39,731 nucleotides of DNA from Gemmatimonadota bacterium (GTDB taxonomy: Bacteria; Gemmatimonadota; Gemmatimonadetes; Palauibacterales; Palauibacteraceae). The position numbers and the translations under genes were made by a program. The notes beneath the pieces were generated by a model that ran no database searches, had not been told where the DNA came from, and was given only the letters and a program-made list of their open reading frames with translations. Location: the NCBI GenBank assembly GCA_039585935.1, contig JBDGUY010000008.1, forward strand, positions 1 to 39,731. Reading direction: 5' to 3'. Of the stretch, positions 1-10,215 are shown in pieces. Position 1 is the first letter of the stretch. Each line of letters starts with the position of its first letter.

Positions 1-162
1 CGCGCCCGCGCCATCGAACAGCTCGCGCGTCTGCGACGTGACGATCTCGAGGATGGCAGGAAGATCCAGGGTCTCGAGCATGGAGCTGGCCGCGTCACAC
101 AGCTCGGCGATGCGACTGGTCTCGATGAATCGCTCGTGCGTTGTCTCGCCAGCGTCCTTCAA
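1..162 (-). CDS. partial CDS (5' end only, continues past the left window edge); N-terminus of a possible GAF/sensor-type protein
   Basis: Not in the ORF track because it runs off the edge. Minus-strand TTG at 162 is preceded by AAGGAG-AGGTC. The 54 open codons read KDAGETTHERFIETSRIAELCDAASSMLETLDLPAILEIVTSQTRELFDGAGA. This resembles the start of GAF domains, and GC3 is high. Family assignment is weak. Confidence 0.35.
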   Translation of the reverse strand, partial: MKDAGETTHERFIETSRIAELCDAASSMLETLDLPAILEIVTSQTRELFDGAGA

Positions 163-350
163 GACCTCTCCTTGGAGTACGGTCCGGGGCGCCCGGGCCG
201 AATTCGAGGCCGGGGTTCCGTCACTGCGAGACAATCTTTCACACCGGGGAGATGAACGCTAGGTGGAGACGGTCGACGACCGCGTTGAATCTACCGAACT
301 GGGACAGAGCGTCCCGCCCGTCGGGAACGAGCGGCAGAACGTTGGGACGG

Positions 351-1037
351 TCAGTCTCCCTGGCCCTCCCCGGGCTCACGAAAGGCGACCGGCTTCCCCA
401 GCAGTTCGGCGTACAGGATTCCGCGGGCGATCGGAGGCAGAGAATCGAGACGGCCGAGTCCGGCTGGCGCCGCCTCGCTCGATCTTTGCCGCCGCTCGGT
501 CTGGCGCGGAGTCGGTTGGGTTGTCTCGGTCGAGCGCTGCACGGTTCCGCGGATCCGGGGCCGGAGCGTCGAAGCACGATCCCGGATCCGGGTCGGCGCT
601 GCAGGTGGTCTCGGACCCGGTAGGGTTTCCGCGGTATGCTCGTCCCGCGACGGGACCTGAGAAGCCGGGCGGTCCGTTTTCCCTCCAAGCAGTTCGCGAA
701 TCGCATCGTATGCTTCGCGCCGCGTATGCTCCGCCGACTGTGACCGCGTCAGCTCGGAAGGTCGCGGCTGGGGACCGGCCGCGGGCTGCTGCTGGCGCTT
801 CCGGGCCGGCAGGCGGACATCGGTTCGATGCTCGTCATCCTCCCGTCCTGCCCTCAGAGCCCGCTGCCGGGCCTCCCACTCTCGCAACGCCTCCAACGCT
901 CGATCCTGCGCCTCATCGTGTTCCGCGATGGTGTCCAGGACATCGGGCATCCGGTTCTGCTTCTTCTTCGCCTCCGAGACGACGTTCCGAAAAACCGAGA
1001 ACACGATGATCGCGAGAATCAGGACGAATCCGTCCAC
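351..1037 (-). CDS. hypothetical membrane-anchored protein (N-terminal TM helix, long charged/Pro-Arg-rich low-complexity region)
   Basis: GTG start lies 4 nt after the floA stop. N-terminus DGFVLILAIIVFSVF is a TM helix followed by a KKK stop-transfer. It sits where a third small membrane protein follows nfeD-floA in other bacteria (yqeZ-yqfA-yqfB in Bacillus). No recognisable domain, and competing shadow ORFs exist. Confidence 0.45.
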   Translation of the reverse strand: MDGFVLILAIIVFSVFRNVVSEAKKKQNRMPDVLDTIAEHDEAQDRALEALREWEARQRALRAGREDDEHRTDVRLPARKRQQQPAAGPQPRPSELTRSQSAEHTRREAYDAIRELLGGKTDRPASQVPSRDEHTAETLPGPRPPAAPTRIRDRASTLRPRIRGTVQRSTETTQPTPRQTERRQRSSEAAPAGLGRLDSLPPIARGILYAELLGKPVAFREPGEGQGD

Positions 1038-1040
1038 GCT

Positions 1041-2027
1041 CTAATCCTCGTCGTGCTGGTCGATCGGGCCGGCGATCGCGTCCCGCATCCGGGTGTCGGC
1101 CTCGACATTCCGATACCGCATGTAGTCCATCACTCCGAGCTGGCCAGCCCGGAATGCCTCGGCGAGCGCGCGCGGCACTTCCGCCTCGGCCTTGATGACC
1201 AGGGCCCGCATTTCTTCCACCTGGGCCCTGTATTCCTGCTCGGTGGCCACGGCGAGCGCCCGGCGCTCCTCCGCCTTGGCCTGGGCGATCTGCTTGTCGG
1301 CCTCCGCCTGGTCGATCTGCAATTCGGCGCCGATGTTCTTGCCCACGTCCACGTCCGCGATGTCGATCGACAGGATCTCGAACGCCGTCCCGCTGTCCAG
1401 CCCCTTGGCGAGAACCGTCTTCGAGATCGCATCCGGGTTTTCGAGCACGGCCTTGTGGGAATCGGCCGATCCGATCGTGCTCACGATTCCCTCGCCGACC
1501 CGCGCCAGAATCGTCTCTTCACCGGCCCCGCCGACCAGTCGGTTGATGTTGGCGCGCACGGTAACGCGCGCCAGCGCGATCAGCTGAATCCCGTCCTTGG
1601 CCATTGCCGCGACTTTCGGCACCTCGATCACTTTCGGGTTCACGGAGACCTGCACGGCTTCGAACACGTCGCGTCCCGCCAGGTCGATCGCGGCCGCCTG
1701 CTCGAATCCGAGGTCGATGTTCGCCTTGTCGGCCGAGATCAAGGCATTCGCGACGCGGGCCACGTCTCCACCCGCCAGGTAGTGCGCCTCGAACTCGTTC
1801 ACGTCGAGGACCAGGCCGGCCTTCGTCGCCGCGATCAGCGGTCGGACGATCGCGGGCGGACTCACCTTCCGCAGCCGCATGCCGACCAGGCTCCCGAGTC
1901 CGACGTGCACGCCGCTCGCCAGGGCCTCGATCCACAATCGAATCGGCACGGCCCAACTGATGAGGAGCAGGCCGAGCACCGCCACGATCGCGATGAAGAT
2001 TGCGCCAACCGCTGTAGCGTCATTCAT
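1041..2027 (-). CDS. floA: flotillin-like protein FloA (SPFH/band-7, UPF0365/YqfA family)
   Basis: 328 aa. N-terminal TM, then [12 protein letters not shown]...GMRLRKVSP...[18 protein letters not shown]..., ending in a coiled-coil [18 protein letters not shown] region typical of FloA. SD GGAGAA lies 8 nt upstream of the ATG. nfeD is immediately upstream. Confidence 0.9.
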   Translation of the reverse strand: MNDATAVGAIFIAIVAVLGLLLISWAVPIRLWIEALASGVHVGLGSLVGMRLRKVSPPAIVRPLIAATKAGLVLDVNEFEAHYLAGGDVARVANALISADKANIDLGFEQAAAIDLAGRDVFEAVQVSVNPKVIEVPKVAAMAKDGIQLIALARVTVRANINRLVGGAGEETILARVGEGIVSTIGSADSHKAVLENPDAISKTVLAKGLDSGTAFEILSIDIADVDVGKNIGAELQIDQAEADKQIAQAKAEERRALAVATEQEYRAQVEEMRALVIKAEAEVPRALAEAFRAGQLGVMDYMRYRNVEADTRMRDAIAGPIDQHDED

Positions 2028-2074
2028 GACAATGGTTCTCCTTGTGGGCCCCAGGACCCCGGACTACGCCGCGA

Positions 2075-3457
2075 TTACGATTCACGCGGCTCGGATTTCG
2101 ATTCAGCCGAGAGCTCGCGCACCACCAGGCCCGAGACTCCGTCACGCACCACGACCACACGAGTTCCCTGTGCGATGAATGGACCTTCAGTCACGACATC
2201 CAGTCGGTCGTCACCGAATCCGGCGGTGCCGGACGGTCGAAGATCCGTCAACGCCGTGCCCATGGAGCCGATCATTCCCGACAGGTCGGGGGCGGACAGG
2301 TATCCCGTCTCCCGACTCGTCGAGCGCTTGAGAAACACGCCGGACATTCCCTTGCTGTGCGGAATGTGGCGCAGCACCCCGAAAGCGAGTACCCCCAGGG
2401 CGAGCAGGGAGACCGCGACAATTCCTAGAACGCTGATCACTTCACTCATCGTGGGATAGCTTCCGAGCATGCTGAGAGTGACGCTCGCCAGGATCGCGAG
2501 ACCGCCGAATATCCCCGCGACACCCACTCCGGGGATGACGAGCACTTCCAGAGCTACGAGGAATACACCGGCGCCGAGCAGAAGGATCTCCTCCATCCCC
2601 GCGAGGTGCACAAGCCACCGGGCCCCGAAGAACGCCGCAAGGAACAGCAGTCCCACCCCTCCGGCGAGCCCGAACGTCGGCGTCTTGATTTCGACCAGCA
2701 GACCGAGGAATCCGAGACTGAGCAGCATCGGGGCCAGAAGCGGGTGCGTGAGGAGGCGGACGAGACCTTCGGCCCAGTTGGGCTGGACGTCGACCGTCGC
2801 GGCACCCGCAAGCCCGGTCCGCGCCAGCAGATCCGTCCAGTCGGCCACACTCGCGTCCGCAACTCCCACTTCGATCGCCTCTTCGGTGGTCAGGGTGAGA
2901 AGCTTCTCGGCCGAGACGAGTCCGTCGATCTCCACCGACTCGTCCACCATCGCTTCGCCGATCAACGGGTCGAACCCCTGTTCCTCGGCCAGAGACCGGA
3001 ATTCGGCGCGCATGGCGCTGACCATCTTCTCCGAGGCCCTGTTGCCCTTCGAATCCACAGGCGTCGCCGCACCGAGGCTCGAGCCCGGTCGCATGAAGAC
3101 CTCGTCGGCGGCGAGCGCGATCATCGCGCCGGCGGACAGCGCCCTGTGGTTCACGTACGCGGCGGTAGGTACTTCCGAGTCCCTGACCGCGTCGATGATC
3201 TGCCATGCGGCGTCGATCCGGCCGCCCGGCGTATCGATATCGAGCACGGCGAGAGAGGCTCCCTGGTCGGCGGCCTCGGCAAGACTGCGTTCGACGAACG
3301 GGGCGAGGCCCAACTCGACGGTGCCGGTCACGGGGATCCGGACGACTACCGGCGACTCCTGGAGGCGCGCAGCGACCGAGGGAACAGTCGCCGCTGCCAG
3401 CCCGGCGGCGAGAACGGCAACGGTGAGTCGCGAAGATATTTTCATACGTCCAATCAT
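2075..3457 (-). CDS. NfeD-family membrane-bound ClpP-class serine protease (YqeZ-like)
   Basis: Signal/TM MKISSRLTVAVLAAGLAAA. ClpP-like domain (LDIDTPGGRIDAA, SAGAMIALAADEVFM), then multi-TM region and a C-terminal NfeD OB-fold (TALTDLRPSGTAGFGDDRLDVVTEG.FI..GT.V.VV). Classic pairing with floA. Start ambiguous: ATG at 3457 or 3445, TTG at 3481. Confidence 0.85.
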   Translation of the reverse strand: MIGRMKISSRLTVAVLAAGLAAATVPSVAARLQESPVVVRIPVTGTVELGLAPFVERSLAEAADQGASLAVLDIDTPGGRIDAAWQIIDAVRDSEVPTAAYVNHRALSAGAMIALAADEVFMRPGSSLGAATPVDSKGNRASEKMVSAMRAEFRSLAEEQGFDPLIGEAMVDESVEIDGLVSAEKLLTLTTEEAIEVGVADASVADWTDLLARTGLAGAATVDVQPNWAEGLVRLLTHPLLAPMLLSLGFLGLLVEIKTPTFGLAGGVGLLFLAAFFGARWLVHLAGMEEILLLGAGVFLVALEVLVIPGVGVAGIFGGLAILASVTLSMLGSYPTMSEVISVLGIVAVSLLALGVLAFGVLRHIPHSKGMSGVFLKRSTSRETGYLSAPDLSGMIGSMGTALTDLRPSGTAGFGDDRLDVVTEGPFIAQGTRVVVVRDGVSGLVVRELSAESKSEPRES

Positions 3458-3619
3458 AGCTTCCGATGGGGATCGACCCAAGACGTTGCCCTTCCGGCGG
3501 GGGCACGGCTCGCTTTACCGAGTCATCGGCGCTCGCCCTGTCATTCAGTCCGAACTGCCGCTAGCTTTTTTGGTTGCCGTTCGAATGGACCCTGAAACAG
3601 ACCTGGAGATGAGACGAAG

Positions 3620-4408
3620 ATGGCCGAACAGTTGATCCGGTACGAGGTGCAGGATGGTGTCGCGGTTCTCACGATGGATGATCCGCCCGCGAACACCTAT
3701 ACGCATGAGATGATGGTCGAGCTGGACGCCGCGATCGTGAAGGCTCGATTCGATGAGGGCGTCCACGTGATCGTGATCCGCGGAGCCGGCGACAAGTTCT
3801 TCAGTGCCGGTGCGAACATCAAGATGCTCCAGACTTCCGACCCATACTTCAAGTACTATTTCTGCCTGCACGCCAACGAGACCCTGACCCGTCTCGAGCA
3901 GACTCCGAAGCTGGTGATCGCGGCCCTCAACGGCCACACGGTCGGGGGCGGACTCGAGATCGCGCTGGCCGCGGATCTGAGGATCGCGAAGCAGGGCGGC
4001 GGCAAGATCGGTCTGCCGGAGGTAACGCTCGGGGTGCTCCCGGGGACGGGTGGAACGCAGCGGCTCGGGCGCCTGCTCGGAAAGTCCAAGGCGATCGAAC
4101 TCATGGTCGAAGGCTCGACGTTCGAGTTCGAGGAAGCCGCCGGCCTCGGGATCATCAACAAGATCTTCGAAGCCGAAGACTTCTTCGACGACGTGATGGA
4201 GTACGCGAAGCAGTTCGTACCGCCAAATAAGGCCTCACGGGCCGTAGGCCGCATCAAGCGGGCGGTATGCAGCGGGGTCGAAGTCCCGTTCTCCGAGGGG
4301 CTGGCGATCGAGCGCGAACTGCAGCAGCTGCTGTTCCAGGGCGACGACGCGCGCGAAGGCCTGAATGCCTACATCGAGAAGCGGAAGCCGGAGTTTACCG
4401 GGAAATAG
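3620..4408 (+). CDS. enoyl-CoA hydratase/isomerase (crotonase superfamily)
   Basis: 262 aa. Crotonase motifs VIVIRGAGDKFFSAGANI, ALNGHTVGGGLEIALAADLRIA, GLPEVTLGVLPGTGGTQRL. SD GGAGATGAG upstream of the ATG. Confidence 0.9.
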   Translation: MAEQLIRYEVQDGVAVLTMDDPPANTYTHEMMVELDAAIVKARFDEGVHVIVIRGAGDKFFSAGANIKMLQTSDPYFKYYFCLHANETLTRLEQTPKLVIAALNGHTVGGGLEIALAADLRIAKQGGGKIGLPEVTLGVLPGTGGTQRLGRLLGKSKAIELMVEGSTFEFEEAAGLGIINKIFEAEDFFDDVMEYAKQFVPPNKASRAVGRIKRAVCSGVEVPFSEGLAIERELQQLLFQGDDAREGLNAYIEKRKPEFTGK

Positions 4409-5894
4409 GCAGGACCTCGATTCGATTGTCATCCGGGGCCGCGGCAACCGCTGCGGCCCCTTCCTACCAGACCTGTTGATCGGCGGCTCGTGGACCGAAG
4501 GTCACGACCGCTTCGAGACGATCAACCCCGCGACTGAAGAAGTCATTGCCCTGGTGGAGGAGGCAGGCCCAGGGGAGGTCGACTCGGCGGTGCAATCAGC
4601 CCGCCAGGCGTTCGAAAACCCGGAGTGGCGCAACATGGACGCGCACCGGCGGGCCGGACTGCTGTGGCGCCTCGCCGAACTCGTCGAACAGAACCTCCCG
4701 GCCATCGCCCGCGTGGAAACGGAGGACAACGGCAAGCCGCTGTTCGAATCGGCGAAGGTCGACATTCCGTTCGTGGTCGCCAACCTGCGCTACTACGCCG
4801 GCTGGGCGGACAAGCTGGCCGGAGACGTGATCCCGGTTTCCGGTCCGTTTCTCAACTACACGCGCCGTGAGCCGCTGGGCGTAGTCGGGGCGATCGTCCC
4901 GTGGAATTTCCCGCTCAATCTGGCCTCGTGGAAGGTCGCGCCGGCCCTGGCGTGCGGAAACACGGTGGTCCTGAAACCGGCGGAGGAGACTCCGCTCACT
5001 GCTCTGCTGCTGGGGGAACTGGCTCTCGAAGCCGGATTCCCGCCAGGCGCCCTGAACGTCATTCCCGGCCGGGGCCAGGTCACCGGACAGGCGCTGGTCG
5101 AGCACCCGGGGGTAGACAAGATCTCGTTCACCGGATCGACCGAGACAGGCCGGATCGTGATGGAGACGGCGGCCCGGACCCTCAAGAAGATCTCTCTCGA
5201 GCTGGGCGGGAAGTCTCCGCACGTCGTGTTCGCCGACGCCGACCTGGAAGCTGCCGTTCGCGGCGTGATCACGGGAATCTTCTACGGCAAGGGCGAGGTG
5301 TGCGCGGCCGGCTCGCGGCTGTTCGTCGAGGAATCGATCCGGGAGGAGTTTCTCGAGAAGCTCGCCGGGCGGGCCGTGAAGACCACGATCGGCGATCCTC
5401 TGGAGGCGACGACCAGGCTCGGACCGCTCGTCTCGAAGGCCCAGCACGAGAGGGTCCTGGGGTACATCGAGTCCGGAATCTCCGAGGGCGCGAACCTGCT
5501 GGCCGGCGGGAAGGCGGCGACCGTCGACGGGCGAGGCTATTTCGTGGAAGCTACGGTGTTCGACGGGGTCGAGCCTGGTATGCGCATTGCCCGCGAAGAG
5601 ATCTTCGGCCCCGTGCTGGCGGCCCTTTCCTTCGAGGACTTCGATGACGCGGTCGCGCAGGCGAATGACTCGATCTACGGGCTGGCATCCGGAGTGTGGA
5701 CCCGGGATGTGGCCAGGGCGCACCAGTTCGCAGCGGCGGTACAGGCGGGAACGGTCTGGGTCAATACGTACAACCGGTACGATCCCGGTTCGCCGTTCGG
5801 CGGCTTCAAGAGCTCCGGCTTCGGCCGGGACCTGGGACGACAGGCGCTGGAAGAATACACACAGACCAAGAGCGTCTGGGTGAGCCTGCAGTGA
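4365..5894 (+). CDS. NAD(P)-dependent aldehyde dehydrogenase
   Basis: ALDH motifs [39 protein letters not shown], catalytic [16 protein letters not shown]. The ATG at 4365 overlaps the preceding gene by 44 nt and gives an Arg-rich N-terminus. The true start may be later (for example TTG 4476 at LIGG, or a non-canonical codon). The 3' end is firm. Confidence 0.88.
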   Translation: MPTSRSGSRSLPGNRQDLDSIVIRGRGNRCGPFLPDLLIGGSWTEGHDRFETINPATEEVIALVEEAGPGEVDSAVQSARQAFENPEWRNMDAHRRAGLLWRLAELVEQNLPAIARVETEDNGKPLFESAKVDIPFVVANLRYYAGWADKLAGDVIPVSGPFLNYTRREPLGVVGAIVPWNFPLNLASWKVAPALACGNTVVLKPAEETPLTALLLGELALEAGFPPGALNVIPGRGQVTGQALVEHPGVDKISFTGSTETGRIVMETAARTLKKISLELGGKSPHVVFADADLEAAVRGVITGIFYGKGEVCAAGSRLFVEESIREEFLEKLAGRAVKTTIGDPLEATTRLGPLVSKAQHERVLGYIESGISEGANLLAGGKAATVDGRGYFVEATVFDGVEPGMRIAREEIFGPVLAALSFEDFDDAVAQANDSIYGLASGVWTRDVARAHQFAAAVQAGTVWVNTYNRYDPGSPFGGFKSSGFGRDLGRQALEEYTQTKSVWVSLQ

Positions 5895-7129
5895 GCGGGC
5901 ACACCGCACCGGGTACCGGGGATTCCCGCGACGCCCTGATCTGCGGGGCGCTGCGCACTCCTGTCGGAACTCACGGCGGGGCGCTGGCCACCATTCGACC
6001 TGATGACCTGCTCGCCCATGCGATCCGGGAGCTCGTCGACCGGTCGGGAGTGCCGCCGGAACGGATCGAGGACGTCGTGATGGGGTGCGCGAATCAGGCC
6101 GGCGAGGACAACCGGAACGTGGCGCGCATGGCTTCCCTGCTCGCGGGCCTTCCCGTCGAAGTTGCGGGGCAGACCGTGAACCGACTTTGCGGCTCCGGAT
6201 TGCAGGCCGTGGTCAGCGCCGCACACGCCATCCGGTGCGGAGAAGGAGACCTGTTCGTCGCGGGCGGCGTCGAGAGCATGTCACGGGCCCCCTGGGTGAC
6301 ACTCAAGCCGGAGACCGGGTTTGTTCGCGCCGACCCGATCTCGGCGGATACGACTGTCGGATGGCGATTCACCAATCCGCGGATGCCGGCGGAGTGGACC
6401 GTTTCGCTCGGAGAGACGGCCGAAATCACGGGAGAGGACCCGCTGGTCACCCGAGAGGAGCAGGACGCCTTCGCGCTGGAAAGCCAGCGCCGCGCGGCGC
6501 GGGCGATCGAACAGGGAAGATTCGCGGATGAGATCGTGCCTCTCGAGGTCCCCCGCCGACGCGGGGATCCGATCGTGGTGCGGGATGACGAGCACCCGAG
6601 ACCGGAGGTCACGGCGGCAGGCCTGGCACGCCTGCGAGCGGCATTCCGGCCGGGTGGGACTGTCACCGCCGGCAACTCCTCCGGCATCAACGACGGAGCT
6701 GCGGCGCTGCTGCTCGCGAGCCGGTCTGCCGCGCGGGAATTCGACCTCGATCCGCTCGCCCGGATCGGCGCCACGGCCGTCGCGGGAGTGGAGCCGCACC
6801 GCATGGGTCTGGGACCGGTTCCGGCGGTCCGAAAGGTACTGCAGCGGGCCGGCCTGTCGATCGACGACATCGATCTCGTCGAGCTGAACGAGGCCTTTGC
6901 GGCCCAGGCGATTCCGTGCATCCGCGAGCTCGGGCTGGACCCCGAACGCGTGAATGTGAACGGGGGAGCCATTGCCCTCGGTCATCCACTGGGCTGCACG
7001 GGCGCCCGGCTGCTTACGAGCCTGGTGCATGAGATGCGCCGCCGTGGAGCCCGTACCGGCCTCGTGACGATGTGCATCGGGGTCGGACAGGGCATCGCGA
7101 CGATCGTGCACGGCGGGGAGACGTCATGA
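5891..7129 (+). CDS. acetyl-CoA C-acyltransferase (thiolase; PaaJ/PcaF/3-oxoadipyl-CoA thiolase-like)
   Basis: GTG at 5891 overlaps the ALDH stop (GTGA). [23 protein letters not shown] (active-site Cys), [39 protein letters not shown]. The track ORF from 5696 is an out-of-frame extension over the ALDH 3' end. Confidence 0.9.
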   Translation: MSGHTAPGTGDSRDALICGALRTPVGTHGGALATIRPDDLLAHAIRELVDRSGVPPERIEDVVMGCANQAGEDNRNVARMASLLAGLPVEVAGQTVNRLCGSGLQAVVSAAHAIRCGEGDLFVAGGVESMSRAPWVTLKPETGFVRADPISADTTVGWRFTNPRMPAEWTVSLGETAEITGEDPLVTREEQDAFALESQRRAARAIEQGRFADEIVPLEVPRRRGDPIVVRDDEHPRPEVTAAGLARLRAAFRPGGTVTAGNSSGINDGAAALLLASRSAAREFDLDPLARIGATAVAGVEPHRMGLGPVPAVRKVLQRAGLSIDDIDLVELNEAFAAQAIPCIRELGLDPERVNVNGGAIALGHPLGCTGARLLTSLVHEMRRRGARTGLVTMCIGVGQGIATIVHGGETS

Positions 7130-7914
7130 CACACGTGCTGCTCGACATCGCGGATGGAATCGGAACCGTGACCCTGAACCGGCCGGAGAAGCTCAACGCT
7201 TTTTTCGGAGCCATGAGGGACGAGATCGGCATCGCGCTGGAGGAAGTGGCCTCGCGAGCAGACGTGCGGGTCGTAGTCCTTACCGGCAAGGGCCGGGCAT
7301 TCTGCACCGGAGCGGACGTCGGCTATATGGCCGGCTTGATCGAGCGCGGTGAGTTCGAAGAAGCCAACGCCCTGGTCACGGCGGGCAGGCGGGTGATAGG
7401 CGCGATCACTTCGATGGACAAGCCGGTAATCGCATCGCTGAATGGGCCTGCGGCGGGTGGAGGAGCGAATCTCGCCCTCGCCTGTGATCTGCGAATCGCC
7501 TCGGACCGGGCGTCGATCGGCCAGACGTTCAACCGCATCGGCCTGCACCCGGACTGGGGCGGGACCTGGCTGCTGCCGCGTCTCGTCGGACGGGCCCGGG
7601 CCGCGGAGTTGTTCTTCTTCGCAGAGATGGTCGATGCGGCCGAGGCGCAGCGGCTGGGCCTCGTGAATCGCGTCGTGCCGCACGATGAACTCGAGGCCGC
7701 GACCCTGGAGTGGGCCGGCCGGCTGGCCGCCAAGCCTCGCCTCTCGCTGGCGCTCACCAAGCAGGCACTGCAGCGCTCGTACGGATCCACACTGGACGAG
7801 ATGCAGGACTACGAAGCGGATGCACAGGATCAGTGCTTCCGTTCGGCGGACGCGCTGGAGGGAACGCGGGCGTTCGTCGAGAAGCGGCCACCTCGATTCG
7901 GAGCCGATGAATGA
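7126..7914 (+). CDS. enoyl-CoA hydratase/isomerase (crotonase superfamily)
   Basis: ATG at 7126 overlaps the thiolase stop (ATGA). [66 protein letters not shown]. Confidence 0.9.
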   Translation: MTHVLLDIADGIGTVTLNRPEKLNAFFGAMRDEIGIALEEVASRADVRVVVLTGKGRAFCTGADVGYMAGLIERGEFEEANALVTAGRRVIGAITSMDKPVIASLNGPAAGGGANLALACDLRIASDRASIGQTFNRIGLHPDWGGTWLLPRLVGRARAAELFFFAEMVDAAEAQRLGLVNRVVPHDELEAATLEWAGRLAAKPRLSLALTKQALQRSYGSTLDEMQDYEADAQDQCFRSADALEGTRAFVEKRPPRFGADE

Positions 7915-8429
7915 AACCCGACAGTACGGTCCGAAGAGCGACTCTGGACGACCTGGACGAGATCACCGCCATGTGGGTTCACTACATTCGGATCAGTCGC
8001 AAGAACCCCGCATACAAGAGTATTCCACCCGTCGGGATTGAAGCACGGCGTTCGCTGTTCGAGCGCCACGTGCGCGGTCCCGACTCCGCGGTATTCGTAA
8101 TCGATCGACCGGACGGTGGCCTGGAAGGCATGATCTCCTGTTGCGTGGAAGCGAACGTACCGTACTTCAATCCGCCAAGATTCGGGCGGCTGCAGACTCC
8201 CTACGTCAGGCCGGAAGCACGCGGACGCGGGCACCTGCGGCGACTCCTGGACGCGGCATACCGCTGGGCGAGGGAGATGGAGCTGACGGAAGTCCGAACG
8301 TTCACCAGCGCGCTCGATGAGGACCCGAATCGGCTCGCCGAAGAATTCGGGTTCGAGGCGTTCGCCATCATTCGTCGCAAGCCGATCGCCTGGGATTACC
8401 CGGCCGGATCGTCGCCGGAGAGCACCTGA
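7911..8429 (+). CDS. GNAT-family N-acetyltransferase
   Basis: 172 aa. GNAT motif A (YVRPEARGRGHLRRLLDAAYRWARE) and C-terminal FGFEAF. The ATG overlaps the upstream stop (ATGA), and its own stop overlaps the next start by 1 nt (TGATG). Confidence 0.8.
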   Translation: MKPDSTVRRATLDDLDEITAMWVHYIRISRKNPAYKSIPPVGIEARRSLFERHVRGPDSAVFVIDRPDGGLEGMISCCVEANVPYFNPPRFGRLQTPYVRPEARGRGHLRRLLDAAYRWAREMELTEVRTFTSALDEDPNRLAEEFGFEAFAIIRRKPIAWDYPAGSSPEST

Positions 8430-9304
8430 TGAGTTGCGATCCCGAACCCGGCCCGATTCAGAGCGTAGCCGTGCTCGGCGCCGGCACCATGGGGCACGGG
8501 ATCGCTCATGTATGTGCGGCCGCCGGCCTCGACACGCGACTGTTCGACATCGACTACGAGGCTCTCGAGCGGGCGCAGGCACGGATCGCCGCAAACCTGG
8601 ACCGAGGTGTGGATCTCGGCAAAGTCGAGCCCGTGCAACGCGATGAGACGCTGAATCGGCTGACGCTCGAAGCCGACATCGAAGCCGCGGTCGGAGGCAC
8701 GCAGATCGTGGTCGAGGCTGCCCCTGAGCGACTCGAACTCAAGCGGGAGCTACTTGGCCGGGCGGCCGTCGGGGTCACGGCGGATTGTCTGCTCGCGTCA
8801 AATACGTCTTCACTGTCGATCACCGCGATCGCGGAGACGATACCGGGACCGGAACGGGTCATCGGACTTCACTTCTTCAACCCCGTTCACATCATATCCC
8901 TTGTCGAAGTCGTTCGAGGCGACCGAACTGCCGAGCGTGTGGTCGAGCAGGCTCGATCGTTCGCCGCGCGCCTCGGCAAGGAGCCGATCGTCGTCCGTGA
9001 CAGCCCCGGTTTCGCGTCCTCGCGACTCGGGCTGGTTCTCGGGCTCGAAGCGATTCGCATGGTACAGGAGGATGTCGCTTCTCCTGCCGACATCGACCGG
9101 GCCATGGAGCTCGGATACCGGCACCCGATGGGTCCGCTGCGACTCACGGACCTCGTGGGACTGGATGTCAGGCTCGAGATCGCGCGGTATCTGAGCCGGG
9201 AGCTCGGCGATGACAGATTCCGCCCTCCCGAACTGCTGGAACGGATGGTCGAAGAAGGCAAACTCGGAAAGAAGTCCGGTGAGGGCTTCTACCGCTGGGA
9301 CTGA
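8429..9304 (+). CDS. 3-hydroxyacyl-CoA / 3-hydroxybutyryl-CoA dehydrogenase (NAD-binding)
   Basis: Rossmann VAVLGAGTMGHGIA, SNTSSLSIT, GLHFFNPV, PGF..SR, GYRHPMGPL.L.DLVGLD. C-terminal KLGKKSGEGFYRW is typical of Hbd/FadB/PaaH-type enzymes. Confidence 0.9.
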   Translation: MSCDPEPGPIQSVAVLGAGTMGHGIAHVCAAAGLDTRLFDIDYEALERAQARIAANLDRGVDLGKVEPVQRDETLNRLTLEADIEAAVGGTQIVVEAAPERLELKRELLGRAAVGVTADCLLASNTSSLSITAIAETIPGPERVIGLHFFNPVHIISLVEVVRGDRTAERVVEQARSFAARLGKEPIVVRDSPGFASSRLGLVLGLEAIRMVQEDVASPADIDRAMELGYRHPMGPLRLTDLVGLDVRLEIARYLSRELGDDRFRPPELLERMVEEGKLGKKSGEGFYRWD

Positions 9305-9319
9305 CGAAAGGACTGCATC

Positions 9320-10099
9320 ATGAGCGACGTTCTCCTGGTACAGAAGCTGGAAGGGCGGATCGCCCTGCTCACGGTCAACCGGCCGGACAAGATGAATGCG
9401 CTGAACGGTGAAGTGCGCGACGCGCTGTTCGACGCGTTTCGACTGCTTGCCTCCGACGATGACGTACGTGTCGTGGTGATCACCGGGGCCGGCGAGAAAG
9501 CTTTCATTGCCGGCGCTGACATCGCCGAGTTCAAGGATGCCCGGGCGGTGGAGCAATATCGTTCCATGCAGGCCGGAAACATCTACTCGTTGATGGAGGG
9601 CTTCCCGAAGCCGATCATCGCCATGATCAACGGGTACTGTCTGGGCGGTGGTTGCGAGTTGGCCATGGCGTGTGACATGCGGATCGCATCGACGCGTGCG
9701 AAGCTCGGGCAACCCGAGATCAACCTCGGCCTCATACCCGGCGGCGGCGGAACACAGCGTCTCCCGCGCCTGGTGGGCGAGGGACACGCCAATCACCTGA
9801 TTATGAGCGGCGCCCTGATCGGGGGAGAAGAGGCCGCCCGGATCGGCCTGGTCGAACAGGCATTGCCTCCCGAGGAGCTGCGGGAAGCCACGCTCGCGCT
9901 TGCCGCCACGATCGGCAGCCGCTCGCCGATCGCTCTGCAGGCGGCCAAGGAAACCGTACTCGCCGCCCGGCGCATGCCGCTGGACGAAGGCCTGAAGTTC
10001 GAGAGGGCCTGGTTCGGCCTGCTGTTCGCGACCGACGACAAGGACGAGGGCGTAGGCGCATTTCTCGAGAAGCGCGAACCGGAATTCCGCGGCTCCTGA
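9320..10099 (+). CDS. enoyl-CoA hydratase (crotonase, short-chain type)
   Basis: LTVNRPDKMNALN, VVVITGAGEKAFIAGADI, INGYCLGGGCELAMACDMRIA, GQPEINLGLIPGGGGTQRLPRLVG, GVGAFLEKREPEF. SD GAAAGGA upstream. Confidence 0.92.
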   Translation: MSDVLLVQKLEGRIALLTVNRPDKMNALNGEVRDALFDAFRLLASDDDVRVVVITGAGEKAFIAGADIAEFKDARAVEQYRSMQAGNIYSLMEGFPKPIIAMINGYCLGGGCELAMACDMRIASTRAKLGQPEINLGLIPGGGGTQRLPRLVGEGHANHLIMSGALIGGEEAARIGLVEQALPPEELREATLALAATIGSRSPIALQAAKETVLAARRMPLDEGLKFERAWFGLLFATDDKDEGVGAFLEKREPEFRGS

Positions 10100-10162
10100 C
10101 CGGCGGGAAGAAACGCCCGCTGGCGGGCAGCACCGTCGCCGGAGGGAAGCATGATGCAAGAA

Positions 10163-10193
10163 GGCCCCGGCCGATCATGGATCGGCCGGGGCC
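10163..10193. terminator. bidirectional stem-loop between convergent genes (crotonase on +, rpmA on -)
   Basis: Perfect 14-bp inverted repeat GGCCCCGGCCGATC-atg-GATCGGCCGGGGCC in the 116-bp convergent intergenic region. Flanking U-tracts are weak (TTCTTGCA on the minus strand). Confidence 0.6.
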
Positions 10194-10215
10194 TCGTCGT
10201 TCAGACTGACCGCCG

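Noticed and set aside
828-2459. 543-aa plus-strand ORF spanning the floA/nfeD region
   Set aside because: It is antisense to two genes with unmistakable family motifs. The translation is Arg/His/Asp/Pro/Gly-rich with no motifs. This is a typical high-GC shadow ORF.
4596-5909. 437-aa minus-strand ORF
   Set aside because: It is antisense to the aldehyde dehydrogenase gene, which has full catalytic motifs. Composition is Arg/Pro/Gly-rich and non-protein-like.
8810-10159. 449-aa minus-strand ORF
   Set aside because: It is antisense to the 3-hydroxyacyl-CoA dehydrogenase and crotonase genes. No motifs; shadow ORF.
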